A DNA stretch of 64,000 nt from the NCBI GenBank assembly GCA_041665545.1, contig JBAYIQ010000001.1:137911-201910 (forward strand), in the 5' to 3' direction. Shown here in pieces: positions 8,470 to 17,726 of this stretch. How positions within the stretch are numbered: position 1 is the first letter of the stretch; each line of letters opens with the position of its first letter. The stretch is from Patescibacteria group bacterium (GTDB lineage: Bacteria; Patescibacteriota; Patescibacteriia; UBA1558; GWA2-36-10). The notes below the pieces were generated by a model. It worked only from the letters and a program-made list of their open reading frames with translations, was not told the origin of the DNA and did not search any database. The position numbers and the translations under genes are program-made.

Positions 8470-11400
8470 TTACATTGGCGATGGATGACTGCCAGGTGGA
8501 AACTTGTTAATAACACCCCTAACCGTGCTTTTAATAGACTCTGCTCCTTTTTTCAAAAAAGCTTGTCGCATAGCATTATCATCCAGCTTCAAAGCATCAA
8601 CCTTATGATCACCATCAGTATCAATCAAATAATGATCCGACCTTAAAGGCCAAACACCGGTATGATATTTCTGAACCAGAGCATACTCATCACCCATTTT
8701 CACTGGTACCCAATGACCAGATGGTATATCTTTGACTTTATCAAAACTATCAAGGGCCGAAGCTTCAAAGCCATGCATGTTTTCGGCAATAATTTGCGGA
8801 TTGCTTAAATCAAAATGTCCCGAACTTAAATCTATTTTATCACCACGCTTCAAAGCATTAATAAATAAATTAGTTTTCTCTTCAGACCAGCCGTGATCTC
8901 TAACATAATCATGTACTAATCCCGACAACTGTTCTTGATTACCACTGGCCACTACCTTAGCCACCAATTCATCTAGATGACCGGAGTTATTTGCCGCCTC
9001 ATATAGACCATGATTATAATCCCCGCCCTGTGTTAAAAATGTTTCCATTTGTTGTTGAGCAGCTGCTTGGGTAGCGGCCTCGGCAGCTTGAGCTGTGGCT
9101 GCTTCGGCGGCTGTTTTAGCTGCTATTTCAGTATCTACCAAATGCTGAGCACTTTCTTTAGCGTGATTTAATACATTGGCCAATTGATCTGAACTTATTG
9201 CTTGATGCGAATCAGCCAAGGTAAATGAACCATCAGCCAGTCTATCTACAGCCTGGCCATTGAATGTCCACTCATGCACAGAGCCATTAGGACTCAAAAA
9301 ATCTGTGCCAAAACTTCTAACCTCATGAGACACGACATCAACATTTTCTGTAGTTAAACGGACGCCAGCTTTGGCGGCTGCTTCTAAAGCGTCATTGTTG
9401 GCTAGTATGTTTGCCTCTCCACCGGCAGCAGCCATAGCATCAGCTCCGGCTTGTAAATGATCAATGGAATCCGAATGGCCAAGTACGCTGCTCAAATCGA
9501 TATTCTCACCAGGTATCAATTGATCAATATCGTGATGCAAACCAAATGCTTCTGGATGCGCGGCTGCGCTGTCTTTGACAGCGTCTATCATGTGAGTTTG
9601 TTTGGCCTCACCCAAGGCGCTCCATTTTTCATCACCCATTTGCTCGTGTACCTTGGCCTCAATAATTTTCCATAACGAATCACCTTTTTTTACTTTTACC
9701 ACAAAATCAATGTTTTTCGTATTCTGCTCAACTGCCTGTTCTGCTGCTACTTGAGTAGAATTAGTTGCGGCTTCATTAGCAGCATGAGCGGCTTGTTCAG
9801 CAGCATCAGCAACAGACTTAGCCATCATTTTTGCCGCCATTATATTAGAATAAATGCCAGCACCAACACCCAGACCAATAGATACGCCTTGCCTAATCAT
9901 TGACTTGGTACGATATTTATCAACCTCTGGTATCAGCTGTTCAGCACGTTCATCTTCAGTCTTTCCTTTGAGCACGTTCAACAAACGATTTGCGGTTTCT
10001 TGTTTTTTTTGTTCAGCTGAATCTTCTGTCCCCGCGACCTCTTCTTTCCCCTTTTCTTTTTGCCCGGCCTTTTCTTTGGTCTTATCTAAAACTGACTCTT
10101 TTAATTTTTCATAATAAATCTTTTCAAGAGTCTTTACTACTTCAGACTGAGCTGCTCCAAAGCGACCAGCTTCGGCCACTCCTACACCTTTTTCCAAGCC
10201 CATCCCCCTGAGGCGAGCCAACTCTACACCCAAATCTGATAATGATTTTTCCTTGAGGCTAGCTTCAAAAACATGTAACAATCTATCATGATTATTTTTA
10301 TCTTTCTCTTTATAAAAATTATACCCATGAACCTCGTCAATCAAACCTTTTTGTCCTAATCTCTTGGTTTTGGTATCCATCAATCCTTCGGCCGTCATAT
10401 AAGTACCACCACCAGAGGTAATGGTTCTACCAGCCACAAACGCTGAACTAGCAAAAACATTGGAAGCAACGGCATTTGTTAGACTACCCAATATACCACC
10501 GCTAGCAAAAGTAGCACCGGCACCAACGGCCATTAAGCCAATACCAGCTACCAGTCTGGCTTTACTATGTCTCTTCCACCATTCTTTAAACTTGTTCATG
10601 GTGTTTTTGTCGCCTGACTCTGCTAGAGCATCAACATTGGACTCCTCTTTTTGCAAATATTTAATATAAGCCTCGGCCAATACTTTTGGATCTAGTTCTC
10701 CACCAGCTTTCATGGCCTCAATTATCTCAATAATCTCGCCATGCTTTAATGATTCATATTTATCATGAGCTGAATCCAATTCATCTTGCGCCTCTTCTTT
10801 GTATCCACCAATCAAAAAATTACGATTCTTGCTAAATATTCTTTTTCTCTTTTTAACCAAATCAAAATATTTTGCTCGAGCATCATCAAAAGTAGCAATT
10901 TGCTCTGCTGTTCTTTCTGGTAAAATCACTGTTTTTTCCGGCTTTTGTCCAGACTCAGTCTTGGGACCTGGAACTGGTTCAGAAACAACTTCAGGGGGTG
11001 TTTCTGGACTCGTAGCTGCTGGTTTTATCGTTTCTGGCTCGGGATTAACAATCGGCTTTTTCTCAGCACCATTTTTTAATTTATTTATTTCGTCTTCAAT
11101 TTTTCTTATTCTGGCCTCAGCCAATAAGACTGCCTGCTCCAAAGCATCGGGTACTAATAAATCTTGTTCTTCTTTTGATTTCTGCAAAATAGCTGTGGCT
11201 AAGTCTGGCTTACCTAATAATTGAGCGGCTTCTTGCAAAGCACTTAATTTAGTTTCCCTAGTTTTGGCTGAATTAATTTCGGTAATCAAATCTTTCAATG
11301 GAGCTATCAATCTCTCCATTTGGGCTGTTTTTATTTCAACTTCCAAGTCTCTGATTTTATTTTCAACTGACAACTGGGCTTGCTCCAAGGTAGAGCTAAG

Positions 11401-12162
11401 TTCTGTGGATTGATCAGCAAATCTAGGATCATTAAGTAAAACAGCGGCTTGCTCAAGAGATCTTTGTTTCAATGTACGGTCACTTTTTTGTATGGCAATA
11501 TTTATTTCGTCAAGTAAGGCCTTCAGACGACTTATGCTGCCCTTAATCCTAGCATCCCTAATATCGTGCTTTGCTTCAAAAATTACTGGCTCATTCTCCA
11601 TTGTATCGGTCACAATTGCCTCGGACGATTTGATGTTATCTTGAACAGGAATTTCTAAGTTAATAACTGGCTCGCTGGGTTTTTCATTAATCAGTAAATC
11701 TCTATTATGTAATTTTAAAACCGCTTCCTTGAGATGTGATTCTAGGGTACCGGGTATTTCTTTTTCGTTTATCTTACCCCGACGAAAAGCATTTATCCTA
11801 TCCGTCACCATGTCCGCATCAATCTCCTTCATATGCTGACCAATCTGCGAGTACAATTCCAACCAATCATTGGCCCCTGAATAATCAAAATTTTCAAACT
11901 CTGGAATTTTAGGTGCTTCTGGTTTTCCATCTAAAACGAGTTTCACTTCTTTTTTACTAACATTTGCTAATACATCAACTTCCGCTGTCAAATCAGGCTC
12001 ATCAGAACCTTCTTCTGCTCGAAAATTGGTTGCCACACCATCAATCTTCTCTATAAATTGGTTACCCTCGGCTACCACCTCTTGGTTGGAGGGTTCTGGG
12101 GCCTGCTCCTGACCAGCGGTTTCGAACACAGGAGTAACTTCTGGAGATTTTTTATCTGTCAT
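8470..12162 (-). CDS. giant membrane protein (1230 aa): coiled-coil N-terminus, Gly-rich TM segments, LysM-like motif
   Basis: long heptad-like Q/E/K-rich region; two hydrophobic Gly-zipper segments (VAGIGLMAVGAGATFASGGILG; GVSIGLGVGAGIY); VKVKKGDSLWKIIEAKV resembles LysM. Confidence 0.55.
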   Translation of the reverse strand: MTDKKSPEVTPVFETAGQEQAPEPSNQEVVAEGNQFIEKIDGVATNFRAEEGSDEPDLTAEVDVLANVSKKEVKLVLDGKPEAPKIPEFENFDYSGANDWLELYSQIGQHMKEIDADMVTDRINAFRRGKINEKEIPGTLESHLKEAVLKLHNRDLLINEKPSEPVINLEIPVQDNIKSSEAIVTDTMENEPVIFEAKHDIRDARIKGSISRLKALLDEINIAIQKSDRTLKQRSLEQAAVLLNDPRFADQSTELSSTLEQAQLSVENKIRDLEVEIKTAQMERLIAPLKDLITEINSAKTRETKLSALQEAAQLLGKPDLATAILQKSKEEQDLLVPDALEQAVLLAEARIRKIEDEINKLKNGAEKKPIVNPEPETIKPAATSPETPPEVVSEPVPGPKTESGQKPEKTVILPERTAEQIATFDDARAKYFDLVKKRKRIFSKNRNFLIGGYKEEAQDELDSAHDKYESLKHGEIIEIIEAMKAGGELDPKVLAEAYIKYLQKEESNVDALAESGDKNTMNKFKEWWKRHSKARLVAGIGLMAVGAGATFASGGILGSLTNAVASNVFASSAFVAGRTITSGGGTYMTAEGLMDTKTKRLGQKGLIDEVHGYNFYKEKDKNNHDRLLHVFEASLKEKSLSDLGVELARLRGMGLEKGVGVAEAGRFGAAQSEVVKTLEKIYYEKLKESVLDKTKEKAGQKEKGKEEVAGTEDSAEQKKQETANRLLNVLKGKTEDERAEQLIPEVDKYRTKSMIRQGVSIGLGVGAGIYSNIMAAKMMAKSVADAAEQAAHAANEAATNSTQVAAEQAVEQNTKNIDFVVKVKKGDSLWKIIEAKVHEQMGDEKWSALGEAKQTHMIDAVKDSAAAHPEAFGLHHDIDQLIPGENIDLSSVLGHSDSIDHLQAGADAMAAAGGEANILANNDALEAAAKAGVRLTTENVDVVSHEVRSFGTDFLSPNGSVHEWTFNGQAVDRLADGSFTLADSHQAISSDQLANVLNHAKESAQHLVDTEIAAKTAAEAATAQAAEAATQAAAQQQMETFLTQGGDYNHGLYEAANNSGHLDELVAKVVASGNQEQLSGLVHDYVRDHGWSEEKTNLFINALKRGDKIDLSSGHFDLSNPQIIAENMHGFEASALDSFDKVKDIPSGHWVPVKMGDEYALVQKYHTGVWPLRSDHYLIDTDGDHKVDALKLDDNAMRQAFLKKGAESIKSTVRGVINKFPPGSHPSPM

Positions 12163-12166
12163 ATAC

Positions 12167-12333
12167 TAAAAATTACTATTAATTTTATTTAATATGTCAT
12201 CAATTTCCGCTTTATTACTGGCCTCACTTTTCTTTTGACGTCGACTAATGGCTTCTTGTTTCAATTTATTTACAGCCAACAAAAAATTGTTATAAATCTC
12301 TTTAATTTTAGAAATCTTTTGGTTGTTATCCAT
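12167..12333 (-). CDS. possible small ORF (55 aa, coiled-coil) not in ORF track
   Basis: ATG at 12333 to TAG at 12167; MDNNQKISKIKEIYNNFLLAVNKLKQEAISRRQKK...; no RBS evidence. Confidence 0.2.
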
Positions 12334-12337
12334 AAAA

Positions 12338-12640
12338 TTAAACAATGGCCGTCTTGACTTTGCCCATTTCCACTTTCAAATCATCAATAATACTTTGATA
12401 AATTTCTTTATAATCCGACACTTTGGTAGCAATAAATTGATCGGCTTTTTCGGGATCATTGTCTCCTAATAATTTATCCAGGGCTTGTTTATCACCTTCT
12501 GACAAGCGAGTTAAAACCACACGGTTGAAACGAGTGGTTACTAATTCCATAATTTGCTCTTGAATTTCCTGCTTTTTTTCTTCAGGCAAGTCTTCTAGAC
12601 CAAATTCTTTAAAAAAATCTAATTGATTTGTGGAGTCCAT
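12338..12640 (-). CDS. hypothetical small acidic protein
   Basis: 100-aa ORF in AT-rich context, good codon usage consistency. Confidence 0.45.
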   Translation of the reverse strand: MDSTNQLDFFKEFGLEDLPEEKKQEIQEQIMELVTTRFNRVVLTRLSEGDKQALDKLLGDNDPEKADQFIATKVSDYKEIYQSIIDDLKVEMGKVKTAIV

Positions 12641-12696
12641 AAAAATAAGTATTAGCTTAATAATAATACGACTTAATTATAAAATCTTTCGGCAAA

Positions 12697-12746
12697 AAAA
12701 ACAAGCCCCAACCTCTGCACGCGTTGTGCAAAAAAGGTTGGGGCCC
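12697..12746 (-). terminator. GC hairpin terminator of GC-rich cassette A
   Basis: gccccaacctctgcacgcgttgtgcaaaaaaggttggggc immediately after stop of 12763..14079. Confidence 0.5.
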
Positions 12747-12762
12747 GTACGAATCTTGGAAA

Positions 12763-14079
12763 CTAGGCGGCTTCCGCACCCTCGGCAATGTAGGGTGCGA
12801 TCGACCCGAGCTGTCTGTCCACCAGGACACGCAACTCGCTGCGACCAGCGAAATCGGTCTTAGCCACAGCATCGACGGCCAGTTTGACGGCCGAGCCGAT
12901 ATCGGGATTATTGAGAGCGGTGACCAGAGGCATCAGCTCAGCCAGACGAGCATCGCCCTTGCCCTCGGCAGTGATCACTGCGATCCTCTTGTCGAGGGCG
13001 GTCTTGACGACATCGATACGCTTGGCCGCCAGCTCGTTCAGTCGAGCCTGAACCTCTGGGCTGGGTGTCGGGTCCTCAATCAGAACACTCTTTACCTTAT
13101 AGCCCGAAACGCTTTCCAGCCGGGCAATGGCCTCATCCCAGTTCGCGTCTTCAAAGACGCCGCCGACTTGGATCTTCTCCAGAGTTTGACCCTTAAGGAG
13201 AACCCGAAAGTCAGCACCGAAGATTTCACTCGCATACTTGACCAAGCCGGCATCAGTCCGCACCTCGGGCGGAGCAGACCAATAGGCATTCAGATTCTCC
13301 GGCCCATCAAGAATGGGGATGAACTTAACATTTACATCTCCCCCGACCTCGATATCGGGTTCACCATCAAGACCTGGGATCTTGCCACCAAGAGTAGGTA
13401 TTTTCTCAGTGACACAAGAGAGTTGTAAACCACGTCTTTCCAGGACGACATTGAATTCGAGACCTGGGGCATTCCTAGGAATCTTCGTCCGGTGGAAACC
13501 GTTGTAGAAGACATACTTGTCGAACATCCACCAGGCGTGAAAGCAACGGCGTCCGAACAGTTTCGGCGTCCATAGTTCCTGCTCCGGAACCTGAATGTTC
13601 ATGATGGCCATCGTAGATCCCGTGGCCAACGACCAAAAAATCACGGTCACCATGTGACCAAATGTCAGGATACCCAAGGTCAGGCACACGCCAGTCACAA
13701 TTGTCGAATAGAATGCCCAGGTGTCTCGCTTGTTGCCAAGCCACGGCCGCGGTTTGTAGGTGTAGTAGGCCTGTAGCGCCGTAATAGCCGCAACGAGCAG
13801 TGCCAACACCACACGAAACCACGGGAAATTGTGGGAGACCTCCTTACCAGCTGTCTTTCCAACTGTCACAGCTGTCTTTACGTCCTCAACTACAGCCGAC
13901 GGCGCAAAAAACAGCCAGTGATGGTTCCAGGAAGCGGCCAGCACTCCCACAGCCAGCAAGGCCGTGGTAATGATCGCTCTCCACCCCACCTTCAGCTTTG
14001 TGCTGTTATTGACCAGCGCGGCAACAACGGACACGATGATCGCAATCACCGCATCAAGGACGAACTTGTTCTGAAACAT
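12763..14079 (-). CDS. SPFH/band-7 domain membrane protein (HflK/C-flotillin-like), GC-rich horizontally acquired gene
   Basis: multi-TM N-terminus; C-terminal KAVDAVAKT..RIAVITAEGKGDARLAE SPFH-like region; GC content far above flanks; own consensus promoter and AAAGGAGGGG SD. Confidence 0.6.
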   Translation of the reverse strand: MFQNKFVLDAVIAIIVSVVAALVNNSTKLKVGWRAIITTALLAVGVLAASWNHHWLFFAPSAVVEDVKTAVTVGKTAGKEVSHNFPWFRVVLALLVAAITALQAYYTYKPRPWLGNKRDTWAFYSTIVTGVCLTLGILTFGHMVTVIFWSLATGSTMAIMNIQVPEQELWTPKLFGRRCFHAWWMFDKYVFYNGFHRTKIPRNAPGLEFNVVLERRGLQLSCVTEKIPTLGGKIPGLDGEPDIEVGGDVNVKFIPILDGPENLNAYWSAPPEVRTDAGLVKYASEIFGADFRVLLKGQTLEKIQVGGVFEDANWDEAIARLESVSGYKVKSVLIEDPTPSPEVQARLNELAAKRIDVVKTALDKRIAVITAEGKGDARLAELMPLVTALNNPDIGSAVKLAVDAVAKTDFAGRSELRVLVDRQLGSIAPYIAEGAEAA

Positions 14080-14189
14080 GACCCCTCCTTTGGGGTAATA
14101 GGTTAACGATTGACTATCTATACATTTCCAAGACTTGTCAACGAACTTGCCAAAAACCTATGTTTTGTGACAATATATTATTATATCAC

Positions 14190-14218
14190 TTTTTTCTATT
14201 TTAGTCAAGAAATAGCTG
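14190..14218 (-). promoter_or_regulatory. consensus promoter TTGACT-17-TATAAT for GC-rich SPFH cassette
   Basis: minus-strand ttgactaaaatagaaaaaagtgatataat; region 14090-14390 also carries multiple TTGACA/TTGTCAA copies. Confidence 0.5.
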
Positions 14219-14388
14219 CTCCCCAATATTTGACACCAGGGCTTGTCAATTTAATACTAAAGTTTGATGTAACTACGTCTCGCACGCCAAAGCAAACTTT
14301 AATTAATAAATTAAATTTTTTTATAGGCCACTATCCCTCCTTAAGTGTCAAGCATTGGATTTTAACGCGACGGCGTGTCAATATTTTT

Positions 14389-15249
14389 CTACTTCTGACA
14401 AATTGGACAAAAATGTGTGCCTCTACCAGCTATTTTGTGTTTTTTTATTTCGGTTTTTTTACACTTTAGGCAGAGTTGTTTAGCGCGACCATAAACTTTC
14501 AAATATTTTACATAGGCCCCCCCGTTGCCATCTGCAGTCCGATAATCACTGAAAGTAGTGCCACCAAATTTTACTGCTTTGTTCATGATATAGTGACAAG
14601 CCTGGAAAATCTTTTTCTTATCTTGATCCCCAAGTGTGCTAACTCGCCTATCAGGCCTGACACTAGCCCGAAAACAAATTTCATCAGCATAGATATTGCC
14701 AATGCCGGAAAAAATCTGCTGATTCAATAAAACGCTTTTTAAGACACCACTTTTTTTATTTATGGCTGACAAAAAATTCGGTAACGTAAAATTTTTAGTC
14801 AATGGCTCGAGTCCATATTTTTTTCTAATTTCTTCTTTAGCCAAATGACTGACTATTTTGAAATAACCAAATTGCCGCAGATCATTGTAAAACAAAATAG
14901 ATTTATCAGAAAAATATAATATAATATGAGAATATTTATTGGGCAACTCTTGACTGATTGGCAAATTATGACCACCAGCCACAATATTTTTTTTATTTTT
15001 ATAGATCAATTGACCGGTCATTTTCAAATGCACCAGCAAATAATCATTACCTTTTTTTAATTTAAAAATTAAGAGCTTACCAACTCGATCTACCTTGGAA
15101 AAACTATTGCCTACTAATTTTTTTCTAAACTCAAAAATATCACCATGAATCTGTTTGATTTTGTGGATCTCTATTTTTACAATCTTTTTATTAACAATTT
15201 TGGCTTGCAAACCACGCCTAATTGTCTCAACTTCTGGTAGTTCTGGCAT
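14389..15249 (-). CDS. mutM: formamidopyrimidine-DNA glycosylase (Fpg/Nei family)
   Basis: N-terminal MPELPEVE, C-terminal zinc finger CLKC..CPIC. Confidence 0.85.
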   Translation of the reverse strand: MPELPEVETIRRGLQAKIVNKKIVKIEIHKIKQIHGDIFEFRKKLVGNSFSKVDRVGKLLIFKLKKGNDYLLVHLKMTGQLIYKNKKNIVAGGHNLPISQELPNKYSHIILYFSDKSILFYNDLRQFGYFKIVSHLAKEEIRKKYGLEPLTKNFTLPNFLSAINKKSGVLKSVLLNQQIFSGIGNIYADEICFRASVRPDRRVSTLGDQDKKKIFQACHYIMNKAVKFGGTTFSDYRTADGNGGAYVKYLKVYGRAKQLCLKCKKTEIKKHKIAGRGTHFCPICQK

Positions 15250-15295
15250 ATTTTTGTATTTTGCTCACCCCGTGAAATATAGCACATCAACCAAA

Positions 15296-15330
15296 AAATA
15301 AAAACGCCCCACAAGTGGGACGCTTTTATT
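15296..15330 (-). terminator. rho-independent terminator
   Basis: gcgtcccacttgtggggcg + T-run downstream of 15338 gene. Confidence 0.5.
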
Positions 15331-15337
15331 CAATTTC

Positions 15338-17557
15338 TTAATATTGGTTTAGTACTGTATCTGTCACATTATAAATCTTATTTCCAGAATATTTTTTCAA
15401 TTCTTCCAAACTGACTATATGGACTTTTTTACCATTTATGATGACATATATTTTGCCATCATTGGCTTTTAACAAAGCGCCGTCGGAATAAAGCTTTATA
15501 CCATATATTTTACTAATTTTTCCTTGAGCGGCTTTATTATCAATTTTGGTTTCAACATATTGAGCTATTACTTCATCTGTCACATTGTATATTCTTTGAG
15601 CAAAATAGTTGTCATATAGATATTGCCAATTTGGTATATGATAAATCTGGTTACCAAGTACGTGATAAACTTCTGGTCCACAACCACGCACAAGAGATCC
15701 GGTAATAAATTCCATTACGCCTTTGATGTCACCATCGATATCTGGTTTACAGACGACTTCTTTGATACCCAAAACTTGTGGGGGTAATTGACCCAAGGTG
15801 TTTGGCGTAGTGAAGGTGCGATCAATGTCATAAGATGTACTGTTACCGCTATCTTTGGCTCTTATTTGATAATGATATGTGGTACTAGGCAACAAATCAG
15901 TTAGCGCCATAGTATGAGTAGCGTGATAATTGGTGCCTTGGTATTCGGAGCCATAAGAAGTGGAAGTACCATACAGCATCCAAGTCAGAGATTGACGAGT
16001 AGTTTCCCAAGTAATGTTGGCTGAATTAGTAGTTACGCTACTTTGAACATTAAATATATTGATGGGAATAAATCCGCCACCACCGCCACCACCACCGCCA
16101 GACGGTCCTGGCTGAGGATTAGGAGGCGTTATGGCAGTACACCTAGTACTACATACATCTGATCCATTGGGACCAGCGTCGCATTCTTCAGTACCAGTCA
16201 CTTCTCCATCACCACAAAATTGATCTACTGGAGCTGGGCACTGTAGCATTGGCGGTACAAAGTGGGCATAGCAAGCAACTTGATTATTTGGGATAACTAT
16301 TTGAGCGGCTAAGCTTACATCAGTCTGGTCAATAACTTCATCGTTATTTAAATCATAAAGAATATTATAATTACTATCGCCTGCTTGAGACCCGTCTGAA
16401 TCCTTTATACCCTGCCATAATCCCTGACACCAACCAATGTTGGTATAATTTTCGCAACTAAAGTGAAACTGGTCATTGGGATCTTCAAACTGCTGGTAAC
16501 ACTGGGCATCATCACCAGTGCCATGCATCAATGTCACAAAGGCCAAATCACTTAAATTAATAACTTCGTCGTTATTAATATCAGCTACATCATTATATAC
16601 TAAATGTGTTGAAGAGTTGGGATCAAAATAAGCTTTCAAAATGCCTAAAAGTGCACTGCACCAAGGAGCATAAGGTTTTGGCTCAGGTTCTTTTATTTTA
16701 CAAAGACGAACATCGTCAAGAAAAGTGCCATAACTATCACTTGGCCCAATGTCCTTAAAAGCTATTTCTGTATTTGTGCCATCAGCAGTAAATACGTAAT
16801 CAGAAGCGACCCAATTACTTTGAGCAAGTGGCGCAATACCAGTAGCCGGACCATTGGTAGCTACCTGATTACCATTAACTTCTACTGCTAGATTATTTTG
16901 CTCAGCAGCAATATCATGGCGGGCAGCAAATGACCAAAATAATTTATATTGTGCACCTACTTCTGTGACTATATTTTGTATTACACGTGTTGACTGGTCA
17001 CCATCAAGCTCAGAATATTGTAAGCCATCAGCTGCTATATTAGCACTCCATCCTCTGTGAAGCTCTAAAGTAGTAAGTGAATTATCAGAAACCTTTTCAA
17101 TTACCCAACCAGACACGGAGCTCATTATCTGCCACAAAGAACTATCTGTCACCATTGGCTCTTCAAAACTACCGTTTACAAAGAGATTGCTTTCTCCAGA
17201 ACATTCTTCTATCTCAATGAGTGTGCAGTTGGCCGTACAGGTAGCGGACCCACTTGGACCATCATCACATTGCTCACCTGGATCCAAAACTCCATTTCCA
17301 CACACTGGAGGAGGTACGGAACATTGTCCAGCTGTATCACCATGCTCTAAATGACCAGGAACGGCCTCTGGAGCCACCTTTATTTCCACCGCGCCTTCAC
17401 TAGTAGTGTGGCAAATGGAAACCAAAGTAATGTTTTCACTAATTAATTGATCACTAGTATCAATAGGCTGTTCAGCAAAGGCCGTTGCCCCACCTGACCA
17501 AACTATTACTGACAAGACGGCAAAACTAACAAAAATATTTTTTAATAATTTTTTCAT
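15338..17557 (-). CDS. secreted multi-domain surface protein (Cys-rich CxxGxxDxGExCDDG repeats, dockerin/EF-hand-like D-x-N-x-D-x-V repeats, Fn3-like domain, poly-Gly linker, C-terminal IYNVTD repeats)
   Basis: signal peptide MKKLLKNIFVSFAVLSVIVWSGGATAFA; CGNGVLDPGEQCDDG and CGDGEVTGTEECDAG; DINNDEVINLSDLA and DLNNDEVIDQTDVS; GGGGGGGG. Confidence 0.6.
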   Translation of the reverse strand: MKKLLKNIFVSFAVLSVIVWSGGATAFAEQPIDTSDQLISENITLVSICHTTSEGAVEIKVAPEAVPGHLEHGDTAGQCSVPPPVCGNGVLDPGEQCDDGPSGSATCTANCTLIEIEECSGESNLFVNGSFEEPMVTDSSLWQIMSSVSGWVIEKVSDNSLTTLELHRGWSANIAADGLQYSELDGDQSTRVIQNIVTEVGAQYKLFWSFAARHDIAAEQNNLAVEVNGNQVATNGPATGIAPLAQSNWVASDYVFTADGTNTEIAFKDIGPSDSYGTFLDDVRLCKIKEPEPKPYAPWCSALLGILKAYFDPNSSTHLVYNDVADINNDEVINLSDLAFVTLMHGTGDDAQCYQQFEDPNDQFHFSCENYTNIGWCQGLWQGIKDSDGSQAGDSNYNILYDLNNDEVIDQTDVSLAAQIVIPNNQVACYAHFVPPMLQCPAPVDQFCGDGEVTGTEECDAGPNGSDVCSTRCTAITPPNPQPGPSGGGGGGGGGFIPINIFNVQSSVTTNSANITWETTRQSLTWMLYGTSTSYGSEYQGTNYHATHTMALTDLLPSTTYHYQIRAKDSGNSTSYDIDRTFTTPNTLGQLPPQVLGIKEVVCKPDIDGDIKGVMEFITGSLVRGCGPEVYHVLGNQIYHIPNWQYLYDNYFAQRIYNVTDEVIAQYVETKIDNKAAQGKISKIYGIKLYSDGALLKANDGKIYVIINGKKVHIVSLEELKKYSGNKIYNVTDTVLNQY

Positions 17558-17726
17558 AAGTGTAATTACTTAATTTAATTAAAATATATAAAAATAAAAA
17601 TTATTTTTTATTTTATAATAGCTATCGACTGATAAATATTATTAGAGTATTTTTATCGCTTTTAGTCAATGACAATAAAACGACCATCTACCATTTCTTC
17701 TTACCACAAATCACAGCTGGAGTCAA

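Noticed and set aside
14080-14390. Multiple TTGACA/TTGTCAA motifs as a transcription-factor binding array
   Set aside because: They can be explained as overlapping -35-like hexamers and part of the SPFH-cassette promoter region; no consistent spacing or palindromic partner was found to support a dedicated operator array.
16050-16110. Poly-G/poly-C run (ggcggtggtggtggcggtggcgg) as possible G-quadruplex or slippery tract
   Set aside because: It encodes an in-frame GGGGGGGG linker inside the secreted surface protein; no evidence for regulatory role.
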